Shown: positions 10,801 to 20,415 of the stretch, in pieces
How positions within the stretch are numbered: position 1 is the first letter of the stretch
Layout: every line of letters starts with the position of its first letter
Source of the DNA: an uncultured Verrucomicrobiae bacterium
GTDB taxonomy: Bacteria; Verrucomicrobiota; Verrucomicrobiia; Limisphaerales; Palsa-1400
Direction: 5' to 3'
DNA length: 64,000 bases
Assembly: GCA_963764165.1 (NCBI GenBank)
Contig: CAVXRD010000001.1
Span: forward strand, 608,001 to 672,000
Made by a program: the position numbers and the translations under genes
The notes under the pieces: generated by a model
The model's input: only the letters and a program-made list of their open reading frames with translations
What the model was told of the DNA's origin: nothing
Databases searched by the model: none

Positions 10801-12698
10801 CCGCTGAGAGTGCAACAAGTCACCGCCAACCCCCCGGCGGAGCAAATACCACCGCCGTTGCCGCCGTTGCCGCCGTTGCCGCCGTTGGCGCCGCCGCCGA
10901 AACCCCCCTCGGTACCCCCGCCGGCGCCGCCAAACCCGCCGTCGCCGCCGAAGGGGGCACTGTTTCCGTCGAGTGTGCAACTCGTCAAGGTTAATAAACC
11001 GGTGCTGTAAATACCGCCACCGTTGCCACCGTTGCCACCGTTGCCACCGACGCCAGGCTCGCCAGTTAGGGCGTCGCCGCCGTAGCCGCCAAGGCCGCCA
11101 AAGCCAGCACTGTTGCCGTCGAGTGTGCAATTCGTCAGGGTTAATAAACCGGTGCTGTAAATACCGCCACCGTTGCCACCGTCCCCGCCCTTACCACCGT
11201 CGCCGCCGGTGACGTAGCCGCCGTTGCCGTAGCCGCCGACGCCGCCGACGCCGGCGCTGTTGCCACTGAGAGTGCAACAAGCCAGGGTCAATCCCCCGGA
11301 GTTGTAAATACCGCCGCCGTTGCCGCCGCTCCCGCCGTTGCCGCCGTTGCCGCTGCCATCGCTGCCAACGCTGCCGTCGGGAGCATGGCCGTTGATGATG
11401 GACAGACCGGAGATGCTGTTGGTGGTCCCGGCCGCGAACTCGAACACCCGGCTGGTTCCGTTGCCGCTGATAATGAGGTTCGTCGCGCCCGGCCCGTTGA
11501 TGGTCAGGCTGTTGGTGATGAGCAGTTCACCCGAGGTCAACGTGACAGTGCCGTTGGTGGCGAAGGTGATGGCATCGCCGGGAACGGAATTGAGGATGGC
11601 GTTGCGTAATGAGCCCGGGCCGGAATCCGCCAGTGAGGTGATAACATTGGTGATGGGAAACCGGAGCGTGGTGAAGGTCAGGTCCCCGCCCTCGGCGGCA
11701 CCTTTGCTGCTGAGAGCCACCAATTGGAAATGATAAGTGGCACCGGGCAGCAGGCCGGTGATGAAGTTCGTCACGGACAAGGTGGCGTTGGTCGCGGCCA
11801 AGGTATTGGTTGTGCTAAAACTGCCGTAGTTGGTGTCCAGGCCGTATTGGAACCAGGCGGTGGTGGCGAAGCCGTTGGGATTGACGGCGCCGTTGAGTGC
11901 GGCGCTCGTGCTTGCAATGGCGCCAGCCGCCACCGTGGTGGCGACGGGCGGTTGCGGCGCATACAACAGGTCATTGGTGCTGAACGCCCCGGCAGCGAAG
12001 GTGAACACGCGCACCTCGTCCACCGCGCCATTGAAGTTGGTGAAAAAATTTGCGGCTAGGGAATTCGCTCCGAAACCCGCCACCCAGAACGAGTTGGTTG
12101 GCGGCAAACACACACCCACATTGGTGACGGCGGGAACGCCGTTCACATACAGGATGTTCGTCCCCTGATTGATGACCACCGCCAGATGCGCCCACACTCC
12201 CGCCGGCGCCGGGACGCTGCCGAAATAAGTGATGCCGCCGCGCAGCCCGCGCCATTGGCCGTTGTACCAATTTATGCCGCAGCCGTTGTCGCCCGCGTCG
12301 CCATTGAACGCGACGACGCAGTTCCCGCCGCTGCCCAAAGCCGGCTTGGCCCAACATTCGATGCCGAAATTATTCGTCATTGCGGGAATCAACGCCGCCG
12401 AGCCGGCGCTGCTGGCGGCGCCGGAAAAGCTCAGGCACCAGGCGCTGCCGGTACGGGCGGCGGCGTTGGTGGAGACATTGGTGGTGTAAGCCACCGAACC
12501 AGTCAGGGTCATGGTCCGCCCGCCGGTCGGGTCGGTGGTGCTGCTGGCCGGGCCGTTGGCCACGCCCGGATCATTCTCGCCCATGCGCCAGTAGGAGACG
12601 GTCGTGACCGTGGCGCGCGCGCCGGGTGCGAGCATGAAATTAAAAACCGTGGTCAGCACGGCCGCGATGAGCCAGGACAGGATTCGAATCTGTTTCAT
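7823..12698 (-). pseudogene. Giant secreted protein (LamG-like domain, FN3-like repeats, Gly-rich beta-helix with choice-of-anchor Q-like ends), frameshifted near 8411; genuine lesion or sequencing error
   Basis: ORF 8283-12698 has a signal peptide, [15 protein letters not shown] LamG motifs, QYGLDTNYG repeats and DQRG..DIGAYQ. Reading continues in ORF 7823-8407 (..QY|GLTTAYG.. to C-terminal AFFRLQSH) if one extra base at 8411-8412 is removed. Confidence 0.8.
8546..11962 (-). repeat. Intragenic tandem duplication, two near-identical units (8546-10321 and 10322-11962)
   Basis: Long nearly identical DNA stretches in both units; 5 versus 4 internal GI(Y/C)..L.L..CTL.GNSA-type repeats. Confidence 0.92.
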
Positions 12699-12855
12699 AA
12701 TCTTTTAATAGCTACCGACTTGGCTTGAAACCGTCTTCGCCATGAATGAAAACTCAAGGTCGAAGAACCTGAAAATGATGCAGTTAATTTTGTATACAAT
12801 CCCCCGGAATATGGCAAGCGGAAGTGGCTGGATTTTGCACCGGCTTCTAGCCTGC

Positions 12856-13084
12856 TATGGGACAGCAGGCGGTAGCTTTCGGAATCTAGCCCGGCCCGAG
12901 CAGGCCTATTTCCCCGGGTTCCTATGAGCTACAGCCTTATGGGACAGCATCCGAACCCAGCAAAGACAACCAAGGAGCCACCTCCGGAACGAACCAAAAT
13001 TTCAGAACACAATTTCGCCAAAATGGGCGCGCTTCCATTGAAAATCAACCGGTTGCGTCACGATTCATCCCGTTATGGGACGGC
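12856..13084. repeat. Three TATGGGAC(A/G)GC direct repeats around an IHF-consensus site
   Basis: Repeats at 12856, 12938 and 13074; AATCAACCGGTTG at 13043-13055 matches WATCAANNNNTTR. Confidence 0.6.
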
Positions 13085-13143
13085 TGTGATTTGAATTCAT
13101 GAATGGCCGAGTTGCAGTGCCTGCTTTTTTTGGGCTTCTTTTC

Positions 13144-13172
13144 ATCTGCGTTGATCTGCGTTCATCTGCGGC
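13144..13172 (-). repeat. Decamer-periodic repeat (CAGAT family), right arm
   Basis: ATCTGCGTTGATCTGCGTTCATCTGCGGC. Confidence 0.75.
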
Positions 13173-13334
13173 CCTCTGTCACCGCACGAAGCCGCAACAG
13201 ACTCGAAACGCCTTCCCAGAGCGGGTATCATTCTGTGCGGACGCAATTGGGATGTGCGGTTTGGACTCTGGGAGGGTGTAATCAATTGAGATGATGACCA
13301 ACGAATTGCTTCGCCGTTACGCGGTCCGCCTCAA

Positions 13335-15650
13335 TCAGTCCGAAGCAATGGTCACCGAGCCAGTTTCGCCGTTAGTTCCTTTGTAGTAGCCGTAACCCGC
13401 GCCGTTAAATATGACCCCGCTGAAAGTCGCGGCCTTTTTTGCGCTCTCTTTGAAACTTCCGGTAAACGCGCCATTGGATGGGGTCAGTTTGATGGGAGCA
13501 TTACTGGAATCGGAGAATGTATTCTTCACCGGATTGAATGTGACTGGAATGTCGATTCCGTCGGGAAGGCTTAGTCCGCTGTAGTCGCCGTCAATTTGCA
13601 AAGCGCCACTTGTCCAGCCAAGGACATTGCTTCCGCCTTTGGGAGATTGGTAGAAACTGCCGATGACGGATGGCGAGCCGGAGAATCCTTGCTTGTAGGC
13701 GGAATTCCTAACGCCCGGGTTGGCATCCCACTCAAGGCTCCCGGTGACATTCGTCGCAAAATCCAGTGAGCCGGACAAAAGGCCCGCACCGTTGTATAGC
13801 GAGGCGAAAACAAAACACGTGCCGTCCCCCAGCATGTCGGTATCGAAGGTGATGGGCGGCGAGATTCCATCGGCTAAATTCAATTTCATTGCGACATTGC
13901 CGTTCGTGCTGACAATCGCGGTGCATGGGCTGTAACCACCCGGGCCTGCCGATGGATCGCTCGAAACAGGGGCAAGGACAAAATTGTAAATGCCTGGAGG
14001 CGTGCCGTTATATGAGCAAAGCCCGGCGAAGACGCCTGACCACTCAAGTTCATTCGTCAGTTCAGGATCATCGTAATAGTAGATGGTTCCATACACGCCG
14101 CTGCCTACCGAAAGGTCGTCGTTCGTATAAAACTCGATGGATAGGCTGACCTGGGCAAACCAGTTCGACGCATACTCAATGACCTGCGAGAGGGCATTTG
14201 CACCCGTGCCATCCGGCGTCCCGGTGAATTGCCCGGACAGGCTCGCCACATTTTTGACGTACCCGCCGTTGTAAAGCCTGCCCGAAAAAGCGCCTGATGG
14301 ACTCACGGTAAAGGTGATGTAGCCGGAACTCCTGGGCGATTCCCCAAAATAATAATCGAAGTAACTGCCCGCGAACGTGCCAGTAAGCGAGCGGTTCAGA
14401 AACGGGTTCGGCACGAAATTGGCCGTCAATTTGCCATCGGTGTCCAAGTAATTGAACTTGTTGCTGGTCGCGAGCACGTTGCCGTTGCCGTCGGTCCAAT
14501 TGAGGAACAGGTAGCTCGTGTTTTTAGGCGCGGTCGAAACGGTGTAGCTGAAACCCACATCGAGTTTTTGGCCATTCTTGATTCCAGCCACGGTTCCTGC
14601 GCCAGGCGGGTTCACTGCTAACTCGGCGATGGTGGGCTCGATCCATGAAAACTGTCGCGTAATCGCCGTCAATCGTCCTGCCGCATCCTCGGCAATGAAT
14701 GTCACTTGTGAGGGCCCGTAATTCGTCAACTCGACTTGGACGGACCAGTCGACCGAGGAGTAATTGGTTTCAGCGGCATTGGTGAACTGATCGGCCTGAT
14801 ATAGATACGTGGTGCGGATTTCGCCGCTCATATCCAGGAGGGCATTCGTATCACTGTTGAGAATGTAACCTGCAGAGGTAATACCCACAGGATCGCTCGC
14901 TGTGCCATTTACTTCGAAGGTCGGATTTCCGTTTGTGGAAAAGATGTTTGCCCCGACGCGCGTAATGGCCAGTTTTGGCGGAGTGAGATCGCTCGTTCCT
15001 TTTACGGAACCTGATTCAAGCGGGTAGGGGCCGTTGCCATCAGGGTTGGGATCCTTTTCCTTGTCGCTTCCGGTAACAGCGACGACTGTGTCGAAATTGT
15101 ATATCTCATAGCCGTCCCCGCTCACGAATTCCACGTTGACATCGAAGAACTGCTTCGTCACGTGCGAATCCAAATTGTAACTTGTGTTGGTCCCGGGGGA
15201 TTGATTTCGAAAATACGTTGATTCGTTAATCATGTCGGCGGAGGCGACGGCTGAAATCGTGATTTCCTTGCCGGACCAGTGAACGGACGCTTTGCCAATA
15301 GCTCTGCCGTTTCCATCCTCGAAAGCATAAGTGGCGGTCTTATTCGAAAGGGAAAACTCGGCGGCATCGGCAAGCGCGCCGCCAAAGATTGTAGTGTCGG
15401 CGGCATACGGGCCGATGAGCAGCACGAATATGGTGTCAGAGTCCACAGTGCTCAGGTCCGCGCCGTTTAACGGCACAGATATGTTTGCGCTAAACAAACC
15501 TTTGGTCTCAGTGTAGTAACCGGCGTAGGATTCCTTCTTCAGTGAGTCCTGCCACGTGTCTGAAAAAGTAATTGACGGAGCTGCCATGGCGTTGTGGATA
15601 GCGAACATGCTGGCAATCAATGCCAGCCAAATTCGCAGAGTAGTTTGCAT
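13335..15650 (-). CDS. Secreted hypothetical protein with Ig-like and divergent InlB B-repeat-like segments
   Basis: 771-aa ORF with a signal peptide, beta-rich Ser/Thr/Gly/Asn composition, and a YLFLNWTDG..LTANFVPNPF motif. Confidence 0.75.
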   Translation of the reverse strand: MQTTLRIWLALIASMFAIHNAMAAPSITFSDTWQDSLKKESYAGYYTETKGLFSANISVPLNGADLSTVDSDTIFVLLIGPYAADTTIFGGALADAAEFSLSNKTATYAFEDGNGRAIGKASVHWSGKEITISAVASADMINESTYFRNQSPGTNTSYNLDSHVTKQFFDVNVEFVSGDGYEIYNFDTVVAVTGSDKEKDPNPDGNGPYPLESGSVKGTSDLTPPKLAITRVGANIFSTNGNPTFEVNGTASDPVGITSAGYILNSDTNALLDMSGEIRTTYLYQADQFTNAAETNYSSVDWSVQVELTNYGPSQVTFIAEDAAGRLTAITRQFSWIEPTIAELAVNPPGAGTVAGIKNGQKLDVGFSYTVSTAPKNTSYLFLNWTDGNGNVLATSNKFNYLDTDGKLTANFVPNPFLNRSLTGTFAGSYFDYYFGESPRSSGYITFTVSPSGAFSGRLYNGGYVKNVASLSGQFTGTPDGTGANALSQVIEYASNWFAQVSLSIEFYTNDDLSVGSGVYGTIYYYDDPELTNELEWSGVFAGLCSYNGTPPGIYNFVLAPVSSDPSAGPGGYSPCTAIVSTNGNVAMKLNLADGISPPITFDTDMLGDGTCFVFASLYNGAGLLSGSLDFATNVTGSLEWDANPGVRNSAYKQGFSGSPSVIGSFYQSPKGGSNVLGWTSGALQIDGDYSGLSLPDGIDIPVTFNPVKNTFSDSSNAPIKLTPSNGAFTGSFKESAKKAATFSGVIFNGAGYGYYKGTNGETGSVTIASD

Positions 15651-15806
15651 AGATTGAATTCGCGGCAGATGAGAACGCCTAGTTTCTCATTCAGCGTTCG
15701 TGATCGGCACGGCCGTATCATTAGGATGTTACGCAAAAAATCAAGCCGTTTTTAAGGGACGGCGATCCCAATTGACAGCGCTGGCTATTGATTGCAAGGT
15801 TTATGC

Positions 15807-16511
15807 ATGAGCCAGGAGCGAGAAAGCGGGAGGTGCTCTATTCAGGGTTTCACCTTGACGGAGTTGCTTGTCACCATTGCCATTATTGCCATTCTGGCGG
15901 CGCTTTTATTGCCGGCGCTGTCGTCAGCCAGGGAAAATAGCAGGCGCACTTATTGCAAAAGCAATCTTCATCAAGTCGGGCTGGCGTTTGACTTGTACGC
16001 AGACGAAAACCACCAGCTATTGCCGGATTGCACCAAGAACAATCCCGCGTTTTATGGCTCTTTCTGGCCGTGGGATCTTAATACGAATGTCGTGCAGTCG
16101 TTGCAGTCCCATGGAGTCACGCGGGCCACTCTTTATTGCCCTTCAAATCCAGACATGAATACAGACATGCGCTGGGATTTCTGGAAATATTATCCGCCCG
16201 CGCCGATTCGCGTTTTGGGCTATGTATTCCTGCTGAATGGCTGTGTGCAGGTGCCACCGAATTTATGGCGCAAGAATATATTGGGCGATGGCACCAACAG
16301 CCCCGCGCAAACCGAATTGGTCATCGACGCCGTCGGGCGGCAAGGTGAGAGTTTTACGCAATTGCAGGGCCAAAACAAGGATCGCACGAGTCATTTAAAC
16401 GGCAGCAAGCCGGCAGGCGGCAACATAGCTTTTGAAGATGGCCATGCCGCGTGGCGGAATTTTACGGATATGCAGCCGCGTTTCACCGGGAATGTTGTCT
16501 GGTACTATTAA
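15807..16511 (+). CDS. Prepilin-type N-terminal cleavage/methylation protein with H-X9-DG C-terminal motif (DUF1559-like)
   Basis: [36 protein letters not shown]-terminal [20 protein letters not shown]. Confidence 0.9.
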   Translation: MSQERESGRCSIQGFTLTELLVTIAIIAILAALLLPALSSARENSRRTYCKSNLHQVGLAFDLYADENHQLLPDCTKNNPAFYGSFWPWDLNTNVVQSLQSHGVTRATLYCPSNPDMNTDMRWDFWKYYPPAPIRVLGYVFLLNGCVQVPPNLWRKNILGDGTNSPAQTELVIDAVGRQGESFTQLQGQNKDRTSHLNGSKPAGGNIAFEDGHAAWRNFTDMQPRFTGNVVWYY

Positions 16512-17578
16512 CCTTTCCGCCAGTGTTTCCAATCGTGGATGCAGCGCTCGCGCATGACGGCGGCCGCGCGCTCCAGCCAACTGGCCGGCTTCCGCGCGAG
16601 CTGCTTGGACAACTTGGCGGCCGGCGCGCCGCCAAGGTGGATGTTGGCCGTTTCCCAGCCCATGTGATATAGCAAGGCCCGTTCGTCGCGCTTCTGCGGA
16701 AGGTGGCTTAGCGGAATTCGAAAACAATCCTGCGAAAGCCGGCACACCAGCCATTCTCCGCGCACCACCACCAGAGGATCCGGGCAGCGCACGGCTTGTT
16801 TAAGGATTCTGTCGTAATGGATTTTTCCGCCTTTTTTTCCGTCCACCCAGCGAATGGCTGAAGGCGTGAGAGCCTTGGCCTCGCGGCAAATGGGACCGCC
16901 CCGCCACTCTCCCGTTGCGGTAAAACGCAGCTTTCCCAAACTGCCGAGGCCAGCCACGCGATGCACGAATCGCAACGGCACATTCTTGTCCGGCAGCAGA
17001 TCCTTGATGAACCGCCGGATTTTTGACGGAATTGGCGCGCGCTCGGGCGCGAAGGCGTCGACCTTGTTCCAAAAGCGCTCGGGCATATTCAAGCGATACC
17101 GCACCATCTCGCGCAATGGCGTGGCGGCATCGACCAGGGCCAGAGGCTGTCCGCCTGCTTTCAGGCAAGCCTTGTATCCGCGGAGGATTTCCGCGCAAGC
17201 CGCCGTATCGGGCAGGGAAAGCTCGCCCATTTCCGCAGCCAGATGCGCGCTGACTGTCAAACGCACAATGTCGTTGGTAAACGGCATTTCATAGCATTCG
17301 TCGAAATCGTTGATGCCCCAGATCAGGCGCCCTTCGGCGTCGCGCCAGGTGCCGAAATTTTCCACGTGCAAATCGCCCACGGCCAGGACGGAAATATCTT
17401 TGGCAAGTTCCGGGCAGGCCACTGGCCATAGCTGGGCCCAGCGGTAATAGGTGGCGCGCAAAAAACAAAACAAATCCTCGCGCATCCGAGTGTGTTTGAG
17501 TCGAAGATCGGACTGCAAGAGCTGCGTTTGACATCCCAGCCATGCCTCATAACTTTCGGTTGCTTCACGAATGTTCAC
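16508..17578 (-). CDS. DUF2252 family kinase-like protein
   Basis: [26 protein letters not shown] and RVAGLGSLG motifs. Confidence 0.85.
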   Translation of the reverse strand: MNIREATESYEAWLGCQTQLLQSDLRLKHTRMREDLFCFLRATYYRWAQLWPVACPELAKDISVLAVGDLHVENFGTWRDAEGRLIWGINDFDECYEMPFTNDIVRLTVSAHLAAEMGELSLPDTAACAEILRGYKACLKAGGQPLALVDAATPLREMVRYRLNMPERFWNKVDAFAPERAPIPSKIRRFIKDLLPDKNVPLRFVHRVAGLGSLGKLRFTATGEWRGGPICREAKALTPSAIRWVDGKKGGKIHYDRILKQAVRCPDPLVVVRGEWLVCRLSQDCFRIPLSHLPQKRDERALLYHMGWETANIHLGGAPAAKLSKQLARKPASWLERAAAVMRERCIHDWKHWRKG

Positions 17579-17650
17579 GAGTGGAGGATGGGCGATAGAA
17601 ATTCCAATTGGTCGGGGCGCATTGGAACGCGGGCGCGATGCGTTGTCAAA

Positions 17651-19306
17651 CTATATCTGCGGTCTTACCCGCGGAACCAGATCGAATCGGCTTCGGTTGA
17701 ACCAGCGGGCGTAAGTGGCCAGCGAGAGAACCGCCAAGCCGGCAAAAACGACTCCACTTGGCCAGCAAACCCACCATGTCGGCGCGAGGAAAAACAACGC
17801 ACCCGCAACCAATCCCAAAACTGCCAAAACGGCAGCCTTAAACACCAGCGCGGTCCTTTTCATGTCATCTGTATTGGGCGAGATCGCCGCAATAATGATG
17901 AAAGGCTGAGCGATAATCATTGTCGCACACGCTTTTACGATGACAGTTCCAACCATATTCAGGCCTCGCGCCTCAGCCGCAAACCCGACTATGGCGGCCA
18001 GAAACGGGAGACTTAATAAAGTCCGCAGCACATTGATTTTCAGCATCGTGCGGGCGAGTTCCCAAAATCCGATGGCGTAATTCGCGAAATACGGACTCGT
18101 CAGCCCACCTTCCGGCGGCAAGGCAAATCCCCGCGCTCCTGTCAGACTTCCCACGGCGACGGCGATGCAAAAAAGAACGGACATCGGGCCAAGACCAGCA
18201 AGAAACGCCTTCAATCGATAGGCTCCATAAAAATGGATGCCCAGGCAGGCCGGCACACCCAAGGCCAGCACAAGCATCACCATGCGCTTAAATGACGCCG
18301 TGAAATTCAAGCGGCCCGCCAGCATGAATTCCACGATGGCGCGCTCTCGCGCGCCAAGCCAGCGCGAAAGCACGCGCTCTATCCAACCCACACTTTTCCA
18401 ATCGACTTCGGCCAGGAATCCGCGGCTCCGAATGGCCGCTGCGGCCTCGTCCTTCTCGTTGGCGAATTCTTCGCCCAACTCGATGACTTCCTGTGATCGC
18501 CCATCCGAGTCGTGCCGCGTTTCGGTGTTCAAGAAATCCTGCCGCACTTTTCGGAAAGCCATCGGAGAGATGGCGAGCACACACGCGGTCAGCAATCCCG
18601 GCACTATCTTAAGGATAGAAATCTCGGGGCCGGAAACGCCAAGGCTTTGAAGTATCCAGCCGAGTGGAGGCGCCACCCAGGCATAGTGTCTTCCGAATTC
18701 AATGACAGCCGGATAAGTGCTGCCGCCCCAGAGGCACGCTAAACCGGCGAGAATCGTTAGCCAAACCACGGCATTGATTAAGTGGAGCGGCACGCAAGCC
18801 ATCAAACAAAACGAAATAATCACCGTAAAAATCCATTGCGCCAAGCCAAGCGCCACAGCGCCTGGCATCACTCCCCAGCCCATGCCCGAAAAAGACAGCA
18901 GCAATGCATAACCGACCACAAAAGCCGGCAATCCCCACAAGGTTCGCCGAACAAAACGCTTCGTCTGCGCGAGAAAAATCGCCGCATCGGAAATAGGAAT
19001 AAACTCATAAACCACCAGCCCCGAATCCTCATAAAGGGCGTGGTGCAATTGCCCTGCTCGGACAAACATTTCCGCCAAAGTCCATAAGAACACAATCGCG
19101 ACGACGTAATTGATGGCGCTTTGTCCGGCGAAGGAAGCCATCGCCGCAGGCCCCATGATCCAAAGCCAGTACATCCAAGCCAGTATACTCTTCCTGCCTC
19201 TGGCCGCCTTGCGGGCAATGCGGCGCTCCTCCCGCATCGGCGCGGATGCATCCACCTCGTCGTCCACGCGATCGCGCAAGACGCGCGTCAATGACCACCA
19301 TGTCAT
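17651..19306 (-). CDS. Multi-pass membrane protein, probable permease partner of the adjacent ABC ATPase
   Basis: 551 aa with two clusters of hydrophobic helices; ATGA overlap with the ATPase gene. Confidence 0.75.
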   Translation of the reverse strand: MTWWSLTRVLRDRVDDEVDASAPMREERRIARKAARGRKSILAWMYWLWIMGPAAMASFAGQSAINYVVAIVFLWTLAEMFVRAGQLHHALYEDSGLVVYEFIPISDAAIFLAQTKRFVRRTLWGLPAFVVGYALLLSFSGMGWGVMPGAVALGLAQWIFTVIISFCLMACVPLHLINAVVWLTILAGLACLWGGSTYPAVIEFGRHYAWVAPPLGWILQSLGVSGPEISILKIVPGLLTACVLAISPMAFRKVRQDFLNTETRHDSDGRSQEVIELGEEFANEKDEAAAAIRSRGFLAEVDWKSVGWIERVLSRWLGARERAIVEFMLAGRLNFTASFKRMVMLVLALGVPACLGIHFYGAYRLKAFLAGLGPMSVLFCIAVAVGSLTGARGFALPPEGGLTSPYFANYAIGFWELARTMLKINVLRTLLSLPFLAAIVGFAAEARGLNMVGTVIVKACATMIIAQPFIIIAAISPNTDDMKRTALVFKAAVLAVLGLVAGALFFLAPTWWVCWPSGVVFAGLAVLSLATYARWFNRSRFDLVPRVRPQI

Positions 19307-20040
19307 GCGGCATCCTCCTTGCGCATCTGCTCGAAAAGTTCGTCCAGCGCGCTTGCGCCGGATGGCGATTCCGCGCGCAATTCGGAAGGCGGTTGAAACG
19401 CGCGTATCGCACCCTTGTGGATGACGCAGACCCGGTCGGCAAAGCGTTCCGCGGCGTCAAGAATTTGCGTGGTGTAAATGACGGTGCGTCCAGAGGCCGC
19501 AGCTTCGCGGGCGCGGCGCTTGAAACAGTTGATGCCGTTGGGATCCATGCCGGAGGCCAAAGGCTCGTCCAGCAGCCAGAACTTCGGGTTCACTGCCATC
19601 AGCGCGGCGAGCGTTGCCTTGTAGCGCTGGCCGCGCGAAAGCGTCGCGAGCGGGACGTTGGCCAGCGGGAGCATGTCCAATTCGCGCAAGACTTCCACCA
19701 CGCGCTCTTCGATGCCGGGTTGCGCGAGTTCGTAAAGGCGCAGCACCATCCCAATGTGCTTGATCGGCGACCATTCCTCGAAGATGGCGGGAAAATCCGG
19801 GAGAAACATGAATTGCCGCCGCAAATCCATCCGCCCGCGAACGAAGACTTCGCCGTCGTAGAGAATTTGCCCCTTGTCCGGCGCAACGGTGCCGGCGAGA
19901 GAGCGCAGGAGAGTTGTCTTGCCCGCGCCGTTCAACCCGAGCAGCGCCACCACCTGCCCGGGCTCGATTGTCAACGAAACGTTATCCAGCGCCCGCCGCG
20001 CCTTGAACGATTTCACAATCCCCTGCAATTCAATTTTCAT
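19303..20040 (-). CDS. ABC transporter ATP-binding protein
   Basis: GLNGAGKTT, LSRGQ, WLLDEP; start placed at MKIELQGIVK. Confidence 0.9.
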   Translation of the reverse strand: MKIELQGIVKSFKARRALDNVSLTIEPGQVVALLGLNGAGKTTLLRSLAGTVAPDKGQILYDGEVFVRGRMDLRRQFMFLPDFPAIFEEWSPIKHIGMVLRLYELAQPGIEERVVEVLRELDMLPLANVPLATLSRGQRYKATLAALMAVNPKFWLLDEPLASGMDPNGINCFKRRAREAAASGRTVIYTTQILDAAERFADRVCVIHKGAIRAFQPPSELRAESPSGASALDELFEQMRKEDAA

Positions 20041-20110
20041 AGGTGGCCATAGCCGAAACCACAGCCACTGAACCAAACCCCGCCACGGAAGGCAAGTCTG
20101 CCAGAAAAGA

Positions 20111-20327
20111 GCCACAGATGGGCGCAGATCAACACAGATTTTTTGATAACGGAACACCGGAGGTGTCTAGCCGCAGATTTACGCGGATCAACGCTTACTA
20201 AGAAAAGTGTGGTGCATGTCGCCTCAAAAATGCCACGCCCGACTTGCGTCCTTCATTTCATGCTGCGTCAGTTTCATCCCGTTAATCTGCAGATCTTTTC
20301 TTGGTTATATCTTTGTTGATCTGTGGC
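20111..20327. repeat. MITE-like element bounded by inverted decamer-periodic CAGAT repeats, with a nested inner pair
   Basis: GCCACAGATGGGCGCAGATCAACACAGAT (20111) ... ATCTTTGTTGATCTGTGGC (20309-20327); degenerate inner pair near 20170 and 20266-20292. Confidence 0.7.
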
Positions 20328-20415
20328 CAATTCCGGTTCTGTCATTGAACTAATGTGCGCTGCGATGGTCTATTTTATATATTGAAAGCCACTGCGGCCT
20401 AACACTTCCAACGCG

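Noticed and set aside
8546..11962. Diversity-generating retroelement template/variable repeat pair
   Set aside because: No reverse transcriptase in the window, both units are in-frame coding, and differences include indels rather than adenine-specific substitutions.
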